Assembly: GCA_964016885.1 (NCBI GenBank)
Contig: OZ024741.1
Coordinates: forward strand, 364,436,001-364,500,000
Reading direction: 5' to 3'
Length of the DNA: 64,000 nt
Source: Eledone cirrhosa
Taxonomy: Eukaryota
The notes beneath the pieces are model-generated. The model made no database searches. It was not told the DNA's origin and saw only the letters and a list, made by a program, of their open reading frames with translations. Shown piece after piece: positions 40,978 through 51,719 of this stretch. Each line of letters begins with the position of its first letter. Within the stretch, counting starts at the first letter, position 1. A program made the position numbers and the translations under genes.

Positions 40978-42239
40978 ATATATGTATGCCATGGATGTAT
41001 GACAGATGCGATGGAGTTCAAAGACATTGTGTGGGGAGAAAAAGGGGAGAAGAAAGGGTGAGAAAACAAAAGCATGGGAATTTTAACAGGATGATAAGAA
41101 GATACTGTGATAGTGAGAACAGATATGGCTGGTGTGTTAGGAGTTACATACACAGGGAGACCTAGGAAGAATGGAACAAAGAAAATGAACCTCACAAAGG
41201 GAATGACACAGGACTGAGCTGACTGGTGATATGCTACAGTATAAAAGACATGCCTACCTATATAACTACTGTGACACTTAAGGTAAATGAAGTGAGAGCC
41301 TGGAGGCAACAGCTTTGGCAATTCAATGGAGACAATATAGGGTTTGAGAGAACCGTTCAGTCTCACTGAGCATGTGACAACTTCTCTGGTGCTGGTACTA
41401 TGATTAAATAGACTAAATACACCCTGTAAAATGTTACTTTTGGCACCATGAAAAAACACACTCAGTATACTGGAAAGTGGTAGTGATGGTGCCATGAAGA
41501 AACATACTCAGTACACCCTAGAATTTGTTTAGGATTAGGAGGTCATTAATCGGTAGAAACCTTGATGAATTGGGAATGATCATCATCATTTAATGTTCGT
41601 TTCCATGCTTGCATGGGTTAAATGGGTTGTCACATAATGAGATAAGTCAGTCTGGAAACCAATATGCTCATACAGAGCTGTATTTTGGCTTGGTTTCTAC
41701 AGCAGGATTCCCTTCCTAACACAAACCACATTACAGTGTGGACTGGGTGCTTTTTGTTGTGTTACCACCACAGCCACATTACAGGGTGGACTGGGTGCTT
41801 TTTGTCATGTCACCAGTTGAATCACTTAACAGAGTGGACTGGGTGCTTTTTTTCATTTCACCAGCATGACTACCTTATAGGATGACCTGAGAATGTATGA
41901 GTAAAATTGGTTGTCATCTGGTCTTGGACCATGACAATCCATTCAACCCATGCTAGCATGAAAAGCAGATGTAAAATGATTTTGATGATATGTGTGTGTA
42001 TTTATATTTAGTTATATATATGCTATAGATATGTAGATGTGTGTGTGTATATTTATATCTACTGATATATGCGCATATATTATTGTGTACATGTGTGTGT
42101 ATTTATATTTAGTTATGTATATACTATATATAGATGTGTGTGTATATTTATATCTACTTATATATGTACATAAATGTGTGTGTACACATAAATATATGTA
42201 TTAAATATATGTATTAAATGATGTAGTATTAACTTGGAT

Positions 42240-45200
42240 ATTTACCATGCGGTATTCTAATTCTATTGTATCTCTCTCAGTTATTTACCATGCGACCCTC
42301 ACTTCCTACCTCACAAGTTCCCCCCCCCCCCCACCCCCACACACCACCACAGTCTATTCGACCAATCAAACCTAGCATGCCATTTCCACTGCTGCTGCTA
42401 CTACCTGCCTAACTAACTCTCTCCTCCTCTGGCGCATCCCAACACACCCTGCCATTACCCCACCACCACTGTTCTTCTAGCCCTCAATTTTCCCACCGTT
42501 ATGGATGGATGAGCTGAGAATACATTTGAGCAACTCTGAATCAATAGATGAAATATGAATCTGCGAGCTACCAAGCACCCACGTGAAGCGCCAACCCAGA
42601 GACCCTCCCCTACGAGTGTCGACAAATGCCCAAAACTCCGAGTTGGTACCATCAATGTAGGCTCAATGAAAGGAAGAGCAGGAGAAATCGTAGAAATGCT
42701 AGAGCGAAAGGAAGTTGATGTATGCTGTGTGCAAGAGACTAGATGGAGAGGAGGGTCTGCTAGAGTCCTTGTAGGAAAAAGCCAGTGCTACAAATTTTTC
42801 TGGGTGGGAAATGACGATGGGATGGGTGGTGTAGGTATACTATTAGCTGACAAGTGGGTAGATAAAGTAATCTCAGTGTACAGGGTAAATGCAAGAATCA
42901 TTAAACTCAGACTAGTCCTGAATAAGACAATTACCACAATAATATCAGCTTACGCACCCCAATCGGGGCTGCCAGACGAACTTAAGGATAGGTTTTACGA
43001 GTCCCTAATACACACTACTGCTCTAACAGACGACAAGGACTTCCTAATCATTGCAGGAGATTTTAACGGACACGTAGGTAAACACTGCGACGGCTTCAAT
43101 AGAGTACATGGAGGCCATGGAGTTGGCACAAGGAATGAGGAAGGATTCAGACTTCTAGAATTCTGCGACGCCAATGACATGTCGATATGCAACACAAACT
43201 TTAAAAAACCCGACAACCACCTGATCACCTATAGATCAGGGGAGCACTCTAGTCAGTTAGATTTTATCCTCATCAGAGGACGTGACAGATGGACGGTCGT
43301 AAACACAAAAGCCTTCCCTAGTGAGGAATGTACATCCCAACATAGCTTAGTTGTCAGCGACCTCACGGTCAGAACTAGACGAGCCCTGAAACAGAGGCCA
43401 ACCTGGAGAAGAAAGATCTGGAAGCTGAAAGTCCCCTCAACCAGTAACAGATTTAAAGATATTTTACTCAACGCCTACGACAGTAAAGAAGAACAGATAA
43501 AGACATTTAACGTAGAAGAGAACTGGGAGTTCCTAAAAAATAACTTACTAGAGGCGACGGATGAGGTTTGTGGCTGGAGTAAGACCTCAAGCAGGAGGAG
43601 AGTGACTTGGTGGTGGAACAATAAGGTAGATGAAGCAGTCAAGGCCAAGAGACAGGCATGGAAAGAATGGAAGAACGGGGGGAGCAGGGTACATTACATA
43701 GAGACCAAGAGGGAAGCTAGGCGACAAGTATACTTAGCTAGGAGGGAAGCAGAGGATAGAAAATTCAAGCATGTTTTACAAGGTGAGGACCAGAAACAGG
43801 AGGTATTCAAGATTGCGAGGCAGTGTGTCAGAGATAGTTGTGATGTCATTGGAGAGAAGTGTATCCGGAATGATAAAGGTGAGCTTGCCCTCACAAGTGC
43901 TGAGAAGAAAGATGCATGGAAGAGTCATTATGATAGATTACTAAATGAGGAGAATGCATGGGAAGAAGAGACCCTACCCCACGTAAACCCTATAGAGGGA
44001 CCAGCAGTACAAGTCAGCGGCAGTGTAGTAAGTAAGGCAATCAGAGATATGAAGATAGGGAAGGCAACCGGTCCATCGGGTATAGCTGCCGAGATGCTGA
44101 AGGCATCTGGGTCTGTAGGTCACACTATAACCACACGTATCGTTAACCAGGTAATACTAGAGGGGGCCATACCAAAAGATTGGTGCAGTAGCATCATTGT
44201 CAACTGCTACAAAGGTAAAGGCGATGCACTAGATAGAGGAAACTATAGAGGTATAAAGTTGATGGACCAGGTCATGAAAGTAACAGAAAGAGTTATAGCA
44301 CAGCTGATTAGGGACCGGGTGAATATAGACGAGATGCAATTTGGGTTTGTACCAGGGAAAGGCACCACTGATGCCCTCTTCCTTGTGAGGCAATTACAGG
44401 AAAAGTACCTAGCTAAAAGTAAGCCACTCTACTTGGCATTTGTCGACCTTGAGAAAGCCTTTGACAGAGTTCCACGTGCAGTAATCTGGTGGGCTCTTAG
44501 AAAACTAGGAGTAGATGAATGGCTTGTGAAAGCGGTACAAGCCATGTATAGGGGAGCAGTCAGCAAAGTTAGGATTAGCAATGAGTATAGCGAGGAATTT
44601 AGCGTACAGGTTGGGGTCCACCAGGGCTCTGTTCTTAGCCCTCTCCTGTTCATCATAGTCCTGCAGGCAATAACGGAGGAGTTTAAGACCGGATGCCCAT
44701 GGGAACTCCTGTATGCTGATGACCTCGCACTCATAGCTGAATCTATGGTAGAACTAGAGAATAAATTCCAAACCTGGAAGCAGGGACTAGAGAGAAAGGG
44801 CCTCAAAGTCAACATGACAAAGACTAAGGTCCTTATAAGTAGACGAGAAAACAGAACCCAGATCCCCTCAGGGAAATGGCCTTGCTCAGTATGTAGGAAA
44901 GGTGTAGGTAGGAACTCCATTCTCTGCCCCAAATGCAAACAATGGGTACACAAGAGATGTAGCGGGATCTCAGGAAGCTTAATTAAGAATGTAGGATTCA
45001 CATGCAGCAGCTGTGCTGAAACAGCAAGCAAACAGCCACAGGAAACAAGTACCACCAATCTCTGGGAGGGCCCTGTAGAAACAGTAGACAGTTTCTGCTA
45101 CCTAGGTGACCGAATTAGCAACGGAGGTGGGTGCTCAGAAAGTACAATAACTAGGGTAAGAACGGGATGGAAGAAGTTTAGGGAACTACTACCACTGCTA

Positions 45201-45981
45201 GCTGCAAAAGGCTTCTCCCTCAGAATGAAAGGCAGACTGTATGATACGTGTATCCGAACAGCGATGTTGCATGGTAGTGAGACCTGGGCGCTGAAGGTGG
45301 AAGACTTACGTAGATTAGAGAGAAACGAAGCCTGCATGCTCCGATGGATGTGTAACAGTAATATACGTGAACGGCAAAGCATAAAGGAATTGAGAGAGAG
45401 ACTGAGCATAAGAGGAATCAAATGCTGCGTGCAGGAGAGGCGGTTACGCTGGTATGGACATGTGATGCGTATGAAGGATGACAGCTGCATAAAAAGGTGT
45501 AGAGCACTAGAAGTTGATGGAAACCGCGGAGTGGGGAGACCCAATATGACTTGGGATGAGGTGATAAAAGCCGACCTTACCCAACTACACCTCTCAAAGT
45601 CAATGACACACGACCGTGACTTCTGGCGTCACGCAGTAATACAGGGTACCCGACCTCCCATGGGTACATGCTGAAGCATATAAACAATATGCCCCCACTC
45701 CCCCCACCGCAAGGTGGTCGTGGAGGTGCCACGGCAAAAAAGCACCCAGCCCACACTGTAAAGTGGACATGTAGGCGCCACGAAAAAGCACCCAGCACTC
45801 ACTGTAAATGAGGTTGGTGTTAGGAAGGGCATCCAGCTGTAGAAATCGAGCCAGATCAGTTCCTGTATGAGCAAGGCATGGTCAGCCGACCAGACACTGC
45901 CCACAACAGGACAACCCGTCTAACCCATGCTAGCGTGGAAGAACGGACGTAAAACGGTGATGATGATGATGATGATGATGA
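42240..45981 (+). mobile_element. Full-length RTE-clade LINE with intact ORF and (GAT)n tail (5' boundary approximate)
   Basis: Single long APE-RT ORF, about 300-nt 3' UTR, tail ggtgatgatgatgat. No clear TSD found. Confidence 0.92.
42555..45674 (+). CDS. RTE LINE protein, 1039 aa: APE endonuclease, reverse transcriptase, inserted PHD finger
   Basis: GTINVG, CCVQETRW, SAYAPQ, AGDFNGH, LDFIL, SQH; NYRGIKL, QFGF, FVDLEKAFD, GVHQGSVLSP, LYADDL, FCYLG, RRLRWYGHVMR, GRP..TW. No stops. Confidence 0.95.
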   Translation: MNLRATKHPREAPTQRPSPTSVDKCPKLRVGTINVGSMKGRAGEIVEMLERKEVDVCCVQETRWRGGSARVLVGKSQCYKFFWVGNDDGMGGVGILLADKWVDKVISVYRVNARIIKLRLVLNKTITTIISAYAPQSGLPDELKDRFYESLIHTTALTDDKDFLIIAGDFNGHVGKHCDGFNRVHGGHGVGTRNEEGFRLLEFCDANDMSICNTNFKKPDNHLITYRSGEHSSQLDFILIRGRDRWTVVNTKAFPSEECTSQHSLVVSDLTVRTRRALKQRPTWRRKIWKLKVPSTSNRFKDILLNAYDSKEEQIKTFNVEENWEFLKNNLLEATDEVCGWSKTSSRRRVTWWWNNKVDEAVKAKRQAWKEWKNGGSRVHYIETKREARRQVYLARREAEDRKFKHVLQGEDQKQEVFKIARQCVRDSCDVIGEKCIRNDKGELALTSAEKKDAWKSHYDRLLNEENAWEEETLPHVNPIEGPAVQVSGSVVSKAIRDMKIGKATGPSGIAAEMLKASGSVGHTITTRIVNQVILEGAIPKDWCSSIIVNCYKGKGDALDRGNYRGIKLMDQVMKVTERVIAQLIRDRVNIDEMQFGFVPGKGTTDALFLVRQLQEKYLAKSKPLYLAFVDLEKAFDRVPRAVIWWALRKLGVDEWLVKAVQAMYRGAVSKVRISNEYSEEFSVQVGVHQGSVLSPLLFIIVLQAITEEFKTGCPWELLYADDLALIAESMVELENKFQTWKQGLERKGLKVNMTKTKVLISRRENRTQIPSGKWPCSVCRKGVGRNSILCPKCKQWVHKRCSGISGSLIKNVGFTCSSCAETASKQPQETSTTNLWEGPVETVDSFCYLGDRISNGGGCSESTITRVRTGWKKFRELLPLLAAKGFSLRMKGRLYDTCIRTAMLHGSETWALKVEDLRRLERNEACMLRWMCNSNIRERQSIKELRERLSIRGIKCCVQERRLRWYGHVMRMKDDSCIKRCRALEVDGNRGVGRPNMTWDEVIKADLTQLHLSKSMTHDRDFWRHAVIQGTRPPMGTC

Positions 45982-46870
45982 TTAAAATTTACAAATCAAA
46001 ATAGAAGCAAAAACAATGCTTTAGAAATAAGTTATGTAATATAACCTGCAGCCATAGAATAAGAATTTGAGTCTATTAAAATTACTTGTAATAAATGAGT
46101 AAATACAGGCATTTATTTTATCTAGGATAATTCAATGCTTTCTCTAAAACTAATTGAAATACAATGTACATTTTTTTCTGCTAAAAACAATTTACTCATT
46201 TGCATATTAGTTAACTTGATCATTAACATTCAAAATATCATCCAGCATGTGTATACATGCATATGTGGGTGTTTATTCATAAGTCTGTGTGTGTGTGCAC
46301 ATGTGTTTACATATGTGTGTGTGTGTGTGCGTGTGTGTGTGGAAGTGTGCGCATGTGTGTGTGTACATGTATATGTGCACGTCTGTGCATATGCATGTAA
46401 GTTTAAAGGTAAACGGCTTAGTGATTAGGATGTTCAGCTCAGGATTGTATGATCGTGAGATAACTTCCTAGTAGCGCGTTGTGTCCTTGAGTAAGACACT
46501 TTATTTCCTCATTATACAGTCCACTCAGCTGGAAAAAATGAGTTACTGTCATTCAAAGGGCCACCTTTGCCACACACTGTGTTACACTGATGTTCCCAGA
46601 GAACTACAGTATGGCTATATGTTCTCGTGGAAAAACTCAGCCATTTGCATACTAATTTCTTGAACAAACTATTCCATTTGTAAAACAACTGGAATACTCA
46701 TTATCATAACTAACTGAAGTCCAGCACACACACACATGCCCACACTATACACTGAAAAATATATAGTTCTGATAATAGCAGAATAGTTTGAGTATTGGAC
46801 GTTTGTCCTGGCTCTTTGTACTTTGAGTTCAAATCCTGCTGAGATTCACCTTGCCTTTCATCCTTTTGAT

Positions 46871-47015
46871 TTCTTCTTCTTCTTCTTCTTCTTCTTCTTC
46901 TTCTTCTTCTTCTTCTTCTTCTTCTTCTTCTTCTCCTCCTCCTCCTCCTCCTCCTCCTCCTCCTCCTCCTCCTCCTCCGCCTCCTTCTTCTTCTTCTTCT
47001 TCTCATCCTCCTCCT
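46871..47015. repeat. (TTC)n(CTC)n compound microsatellite, probably the expanded tail of the adjacent RTE fragment
   Basis: Seen directly. Abuts the 3' end of the minus-strand RTE piece. Confidence 0.9.
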
Positions 47016-47220
47016 AGGGTAGAGTCCTCAAACACTCCTTCGAAGAGGTCCAGACAGGAGCAACCATCTCCAGTTGATCCAGCTGGATCCCCAAACGAGA
47101 CCAGTCGAGTTCATAGAGGTTATCCAACCATCTTGCTTGGGGTTTACCCCTGGGTCTCCTGTTGGCTTGTTTTGCCCATAAAATCTGTCCAGCGATTCTT
47201 TCCTGAGACATTCTAACCAC
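47016..47220 (-). mobile_element. 3' fragment of an Expander/Rex3-like RTE LINE
   Basis: VRMSQERIAGQILWAKQANRRPRGKPQARWLDNLYELDWSRLGI resembles the RPRGRPRTRW...L.W.RLGI motif. Confidence 0.78.
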
Positions 47221-47938
47221 ATAGCCATAATTGTTATAAATAAAAAATTGCCCAGCCTTTTCTCCTTCCAGCTCTCACATCCTGAACATTTTGTTGAAAT
47301 AAGGGAGTGAGTGAATATCACGTGAGTGTCTGTATGCTCCTGCCTGCATTGGCACCTGAAACACATAGCAAAAACATGAGAGGCAATGTAATGGGGGTCA
47401 TGGTCATTGCAGAAGACAATAGCTTTGGTTTTATTATGTAGAAACATTTTAATATGACATTTGCAGCTTCATAATACCAGTCTTCCCCATTTGGTGGTTA
47501 TTGTGGTCCGGTTGCATAAGCTGAGTTTGGGAGGATGGGCGGTCCACATTTGATTTGTTGAATCTGGAGGGTGAGTGTGGTTTGGTTTGGCTGGAGTCAT
47601 GGGTACAGGTTGGTGTTCATTATAGGGTGTTTGCTGCATTTTTGTGGACTTATTGGAACAATAATGGTATTATATACATCTATACATTTTACCAAGTCAT
47701 ATTGATTTTGAATGATGGCGGTTTTAATTAGAAACAATGGTACAGAAAATAACATTTATGGTAAGGTACTGTCATTCCTGATGGAGTCGTAGGGTGTTAT
47801 TTTCTGTGATCTAATGCCAAAAAAAATTTTGTCAAAATATAATTTTCAGAAATCCACTTATTAAGATCAGTAAATGAATGATGATTGAAAATTTAAATTT
47901 AATATATTATCTTATTTTTTCTTTTTTTTTTACTTCAG

Positions 47939-48007
47939 GGAGAAAAGTATGATGGCAGGAAAGCTGATGTCTGGAGCTGTGGTGTGATATTATATGCACT
48001 TCTTGTG
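47939..48007 (+). CDS. BRSK2: BRSK1/2 kinase coding exon, 69 nt: [23 protein letters not shown]
   Basis: Long T-rich tract + cag acceptor, gttagt donor. Subdomain IX motif DVWSCGVIL. Phase 0 on both sides. Confidence 0.97.
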
Positions 48008-48367
48008 GTTAGTCTAAATTTAGATTGTCATTAAGATAGCTTTTAATCAACGGCAAAAGCAATTTCTCCAATTTTACAGTAGTACATGAAGTATTGAAAT
48101 TTTTAATTTGTTATGATTTAAATTAATTTTTTTTACCAGTTCTTCACTGAAATTAACACAAACAATTGTTAACATTCTTCTGTATTCTTATGTAATTCAA
48201 CTGATAATTAAGATTACAGTATTTTTGTTTTTGGTAATAGATTTGTAGAGTTTGTTTTGCTTCTTCCAAGATGATAAGAATTGTAATAGAAAACATTGTT
48301 ATTCACACTAAAATCTCATGAGAAATTGTTACAGTTATTGTTTAAAAATAAATTCTACATTCATAAT

Positions 48368-48549
48368 ATAATTGTTTCTACTTTTGGCACAAGGCCAGCA
48401 ATTATTCCAGTGTATTACTGGTACTTTATTTTATCGACCCCGTAAGGATGAAAGGCAAAGTTAACCTTGGCGGGATTTGAACTCAGTCCGTAAAGGGACG
48501 TAACTATGCTGCAAAGCATGGCGTCCGACCCTCCACCGATACTGCCAAT
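48368..48549 (-). mobile_element. ATT-tailed Nin/Deu-like SINE
   Basis: Matches the family consensus. Confidence 0.85.
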
Positions 48550-50080
48550 GCAAGCTTAGTCTGAGTATTGTAGGCTTTCTTTCTCTTTATGGGTGGTGCT
48601 TAACATCACTTGGAAAAGCCACAGCATCAATACAGTGTATCATGATGGTCTGTCAAAGTTAACCAAAAAGATAACTCAACAAAGATTGTAATAGGTAGAT
48701 CACTGTGAGATATACTGAATAGCCTCAAATTTAGTGCAATGGCAGTCAACACAGGAGATAACCTACCAACTTCATTGACCTACTTTAAAATACAAACAGT
48801 GATGGTGGCATGAGACCACTGGCATGAGTATTTTGTCCACTTTTGCCTGATTTTCATAAATTAGATGTTTGCAGTTAGATAGCAATGAAAGTGGATGCAA
48901 GCATGGTTGAGTGGTTAAGAAGTTCACTTTACAACCATAAGGACCCAGATTGTAATGCACTGTGTAGCATCTTGGGTAAATGTGCTTACCCCATATTGAC
49001 TCAAGCCTTGTGGGTGAAATTGGGAAGAGGAAGACTGTTGAAACCTATCAGATGGAGTGTACTGTAATTGAAAGGTCCAACATTGTCACATATTGTGTCA
49101 TGCTGGTTCAGATTGGGAATTACATTAAATGATACACAATGAATGTCAACACCAGTACGACCCTCCCCTCAGGATGCTAACCCCTCTCATAGGGAGTGGG
49201 TGTCCCTGAATCAGTTATACACAGGTGTCAGACAATTCAATGCTGCCATCCACAACTAGGGGCTGCATCAGTGGCTTGCAAGTTTGGCTCACCAGAGCAG
49301 AATGCTGAACATATACTATGTGAGTGCCCTGATCTTCACCCATCTGGAAATATGAATCTTACACACTCGATTCTTCCTCTGTATCTCTTTCTTACTTCTA
49401 TTCTCTCACTCTCTATCCTTCTCTGGAAGAAATCTGCTGTGTTAAGACCTGGAGAGGAGATGGGCTCTGCCAGGTTTAAAAATTCCCTGGGAGTGCTGTA
49501 TGCTAATACTTCAACTCTATGACTGCCTTAGGAGTCATGAGACTATGTGTGTCCTTTTACCACCAACAATTTTTTTTATGTCGCTGATAAAATGCAAGTG
49601 ACTTGTGAGAGGAGTGATAGAAATGAATGTGGAAGAAAGTAGAGGTAGGGGAAGACCAAGAAAGACACAATGGCTAAAGATAACAGAAGAAGAAATGAAA
49701 GCATGGCAGTTGGTGAGAGGAGGTGCAAACGTTTGTTGGTTATATGATTATTTATTTGATAATTTGATACAATGATGTGACCATCATAACATAAATCGTT
49801 TGTATTCTAAATATATTTCTATTTGAAGTCTGTAATTTAGTCATCTCAAAGAAAATGACTATAATAATAATTGATCACTATAAATAATAGTTGAGAAAAT
49901 TGGATATAGTACCCTTGGAGATGGAAAAAGGTAGAATGAGGTGCATATGCAAAATTAAACTCCCACATCTCATGGATACCAGGCGAGATGTAGAGTTTGA
50001 TTACTTGCAAGTATCTCTGTTCACATTTTTTCATCTCCAGAGATACATTACCCGATTTTCACAACTATTATTTATAGTGA

Positions 50081-50264
50081 AGGGCGGTGAATTGGCAGTA
50101 TTGGTAGAGGGTCAGACATGCTTTCCAGCATAGTTACGTCCCTTTACGATCTAAGTTCAAATCCCGCTGAGGTTAACTTTGCCTTTCATCCTTATGGGGT
50201 CGATAAAATAAAGTACCAGTAATACACTGGGATAATTGCTGGCCTTGTGCCAAAAGTAGAAACA
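50081..50264 (+). mobile_element. ATT-tailed Nin/Deu-like SINE, full length, 14-bp TSD
   Basis: attatttatagtga at 50067-50080 and 50265-50278. Confidence 0.9.
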
Positions 50265-50293
50265 ATTATTTATAGTGATCGACTATTGTTATA

Positions 50294-50577
50294 TGTGGAG
50301 GCACATGGCCTAGTGGTAAGGGTGTTGGTCTTACGATCATAATGCTGTGGGTTCGATTCCTGGGCTGGGTTGTGTGTTGTGTTTTTGCGTGAGACACTTC
50401 ATTTCACATTGATTCAGTATACTCAGCTGAAAATGAGTACCAGCAATAGCTGGGGGTTTAACCCTGCGATGGACTTGTGTCCTGTCCAAGGGGAAGTCTT
50501 GTACTCTCAGGCGCTTCACACCTTGAAACTGGAATAAGCACCAGCCTAACAAGCCTTCTGGCTTAAGACAGACTTTA
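50294..50577 (+). mobile_element. tRNA-derived SINE (CORE-like body, ccctgcgatggact block), 13-bp TSD
   Basis: A-box TGGCCTAGTGG, B-box GTTCGATTCC. gactattgttata at 50281-50293 and 50578-50590. Confidence 0.88.
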
Positions 50578-50660
50578 GACTATTGTTATAGTCATTTATG
50601 TTGAGTTGCAGACATTTCACATATTGGATTTTTATGATGTTTCTTCAGTTAACCAGATAT

Positions 50661-50746
50661 TTCTATTTATTTTGAATAGTGTCATTCCATTTGATGATGA
50701 CAATTCTGTTTATTTTCAAGGGTGCCCTTCCATTTGATGATGACAA
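50661..50746 (+). repeat. 43-bp tandem duplication spanning the splice acceptor of the 147-nt exon
   Basis: 50661-50703 vs 50704-50746, 37/43 identical. Confidence 0.92.
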
Positions 50747-50867
50747 TTTAAGAAATTTATTGGAAAAGGTTAAGAAAGGTGTCTTTCACATTCCCCATTT
50801 TGTGCCTCCTGATTGCCAGAATCTATTACGAGGCATGATTGAAGTGGATCCTGAAAAGCGTTTAACG
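50721..50867 (+). CDS. BRSK2: BRSK1/2 kinase coding exon, 147 nt: [49 protein letters not shown]
   Basis: ttttcaag acceptor, gtattt donor. Peptide closely matches BRSK/SAD subdomains X-XI. Confidence 0.97.
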
Positions 50868-50909
50868 GTATTTAATCATTTTTTAAACTCTATTATTCTT
50901 TTATTTGTT

Positions 50910-51719
50910 TCCGTCATTAGTTTGAGCGCCTCATTAAAAACGACATTGTATGTTACGTTCGGATTGTGTCTGCATGTGCGGTGGAGGATGTACTCAGCTA
51001 GACTTTCGTGGTGGTTGTTCCACATTGCGAGAGGGTCGGCAAGATCGCATTTGTGCAGCATAATAGCAAAAAGTTTTCGCAGCTGAGAAGGGACTTTAGC
51101 AGTTGCTGCTTCTTGCAGGGTGAGGTGCCAATGGCTGTCATCGTGTAACATACTACGCATCTGGCAAGCCAAATGGTAAGTGGAACATTGATGGCCATTG
51201 ATGGTTCTCAGATCTTGGAAAGACTGTAGTCCTCTAACCTCGAACAGTAACAATGACGATAAGCCGTGTGTGCTTTCGTGAAATAAATAGGTTTTTGTTT
51301 TTGTGTATTTAAAAATATCTGAACACGAATATATATATTAAAATAACAGATTAAAGTTTAAGCAAAAATCCTTAACGGGATCTTCTGAAACTAAAAGAAT
51401 GCAGAAGTAAATATTTCGAAAAACGTTATCTAATGCAGACAGTCAGATATACAGACTAAGAAAAAGAGGGGAATGTTGTGCGACGTCATAAGAAAAAGTG
51501 AGGAATGACGTATAACCGGAAGCGTTGACATTTGAAATTTTAAAGAAGTGAATATTTAAATAATGTCTTTAATCTTTTAACAAAATTCAGTAGACAAAAA
51601 TACCCTCACTTTTTTACTTGGAAAAAGTTACATCTATGGTGCAAATTTGGTGCTGTTTGGTCCAGCCGCTTGGCGGAAAGTTTGTTACCTACATACGGCC
51701 ATCAGCTTTATAGTATAGA
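50910..51719 (-). mobile_element. Non-autonomous Helitron relic: 5' TC terminus plus a RepHel coding fragment
   Basis: [57 protein letters not shown] resembles the Rep-helicase linker of Helitrons. Minus strand begins A|TCTATACTATAAAGCTG at 51719. No CTRR 3' end seen. Confidence 0.8.

Larger units (their letters stand above)
49853..50597. mobile_element. Long palindromic (foldback/MITE-like) element interrupted by two SINEs
   Basis: Arms of about 120 bp around a loop at 49972-49984. The right arm is restored when the SINEs at 50081-50264 and 50294-50577 are removed. Confidence 0.8.

Noticed and set aside
46710-47216. Poly-Arg, poly-Phe and poly-Ser/Pro ORFs
   Set aside because: Translations of a (TTC)n(CTC)n microsatellite.
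47230-47700. Moderately GC-rich stretch with a Cys/His-containing ORF
   Set aside because: Probably a decayed TE, but I could not recognise any diagnostic motif.
50294-50370. tRNA genes suggested by A/B boxes here and at 22-95
   Set aside because: No complete cloverleaf; they continue into SINE bodies, and the 50294 copy has a TSD.
50679-51086. 135-aa ORF as a standalone kinase-like gene
   Set aside because: Only 50721-50867 is exon; the rest is read-through into intron and antisense Helitron sequence.
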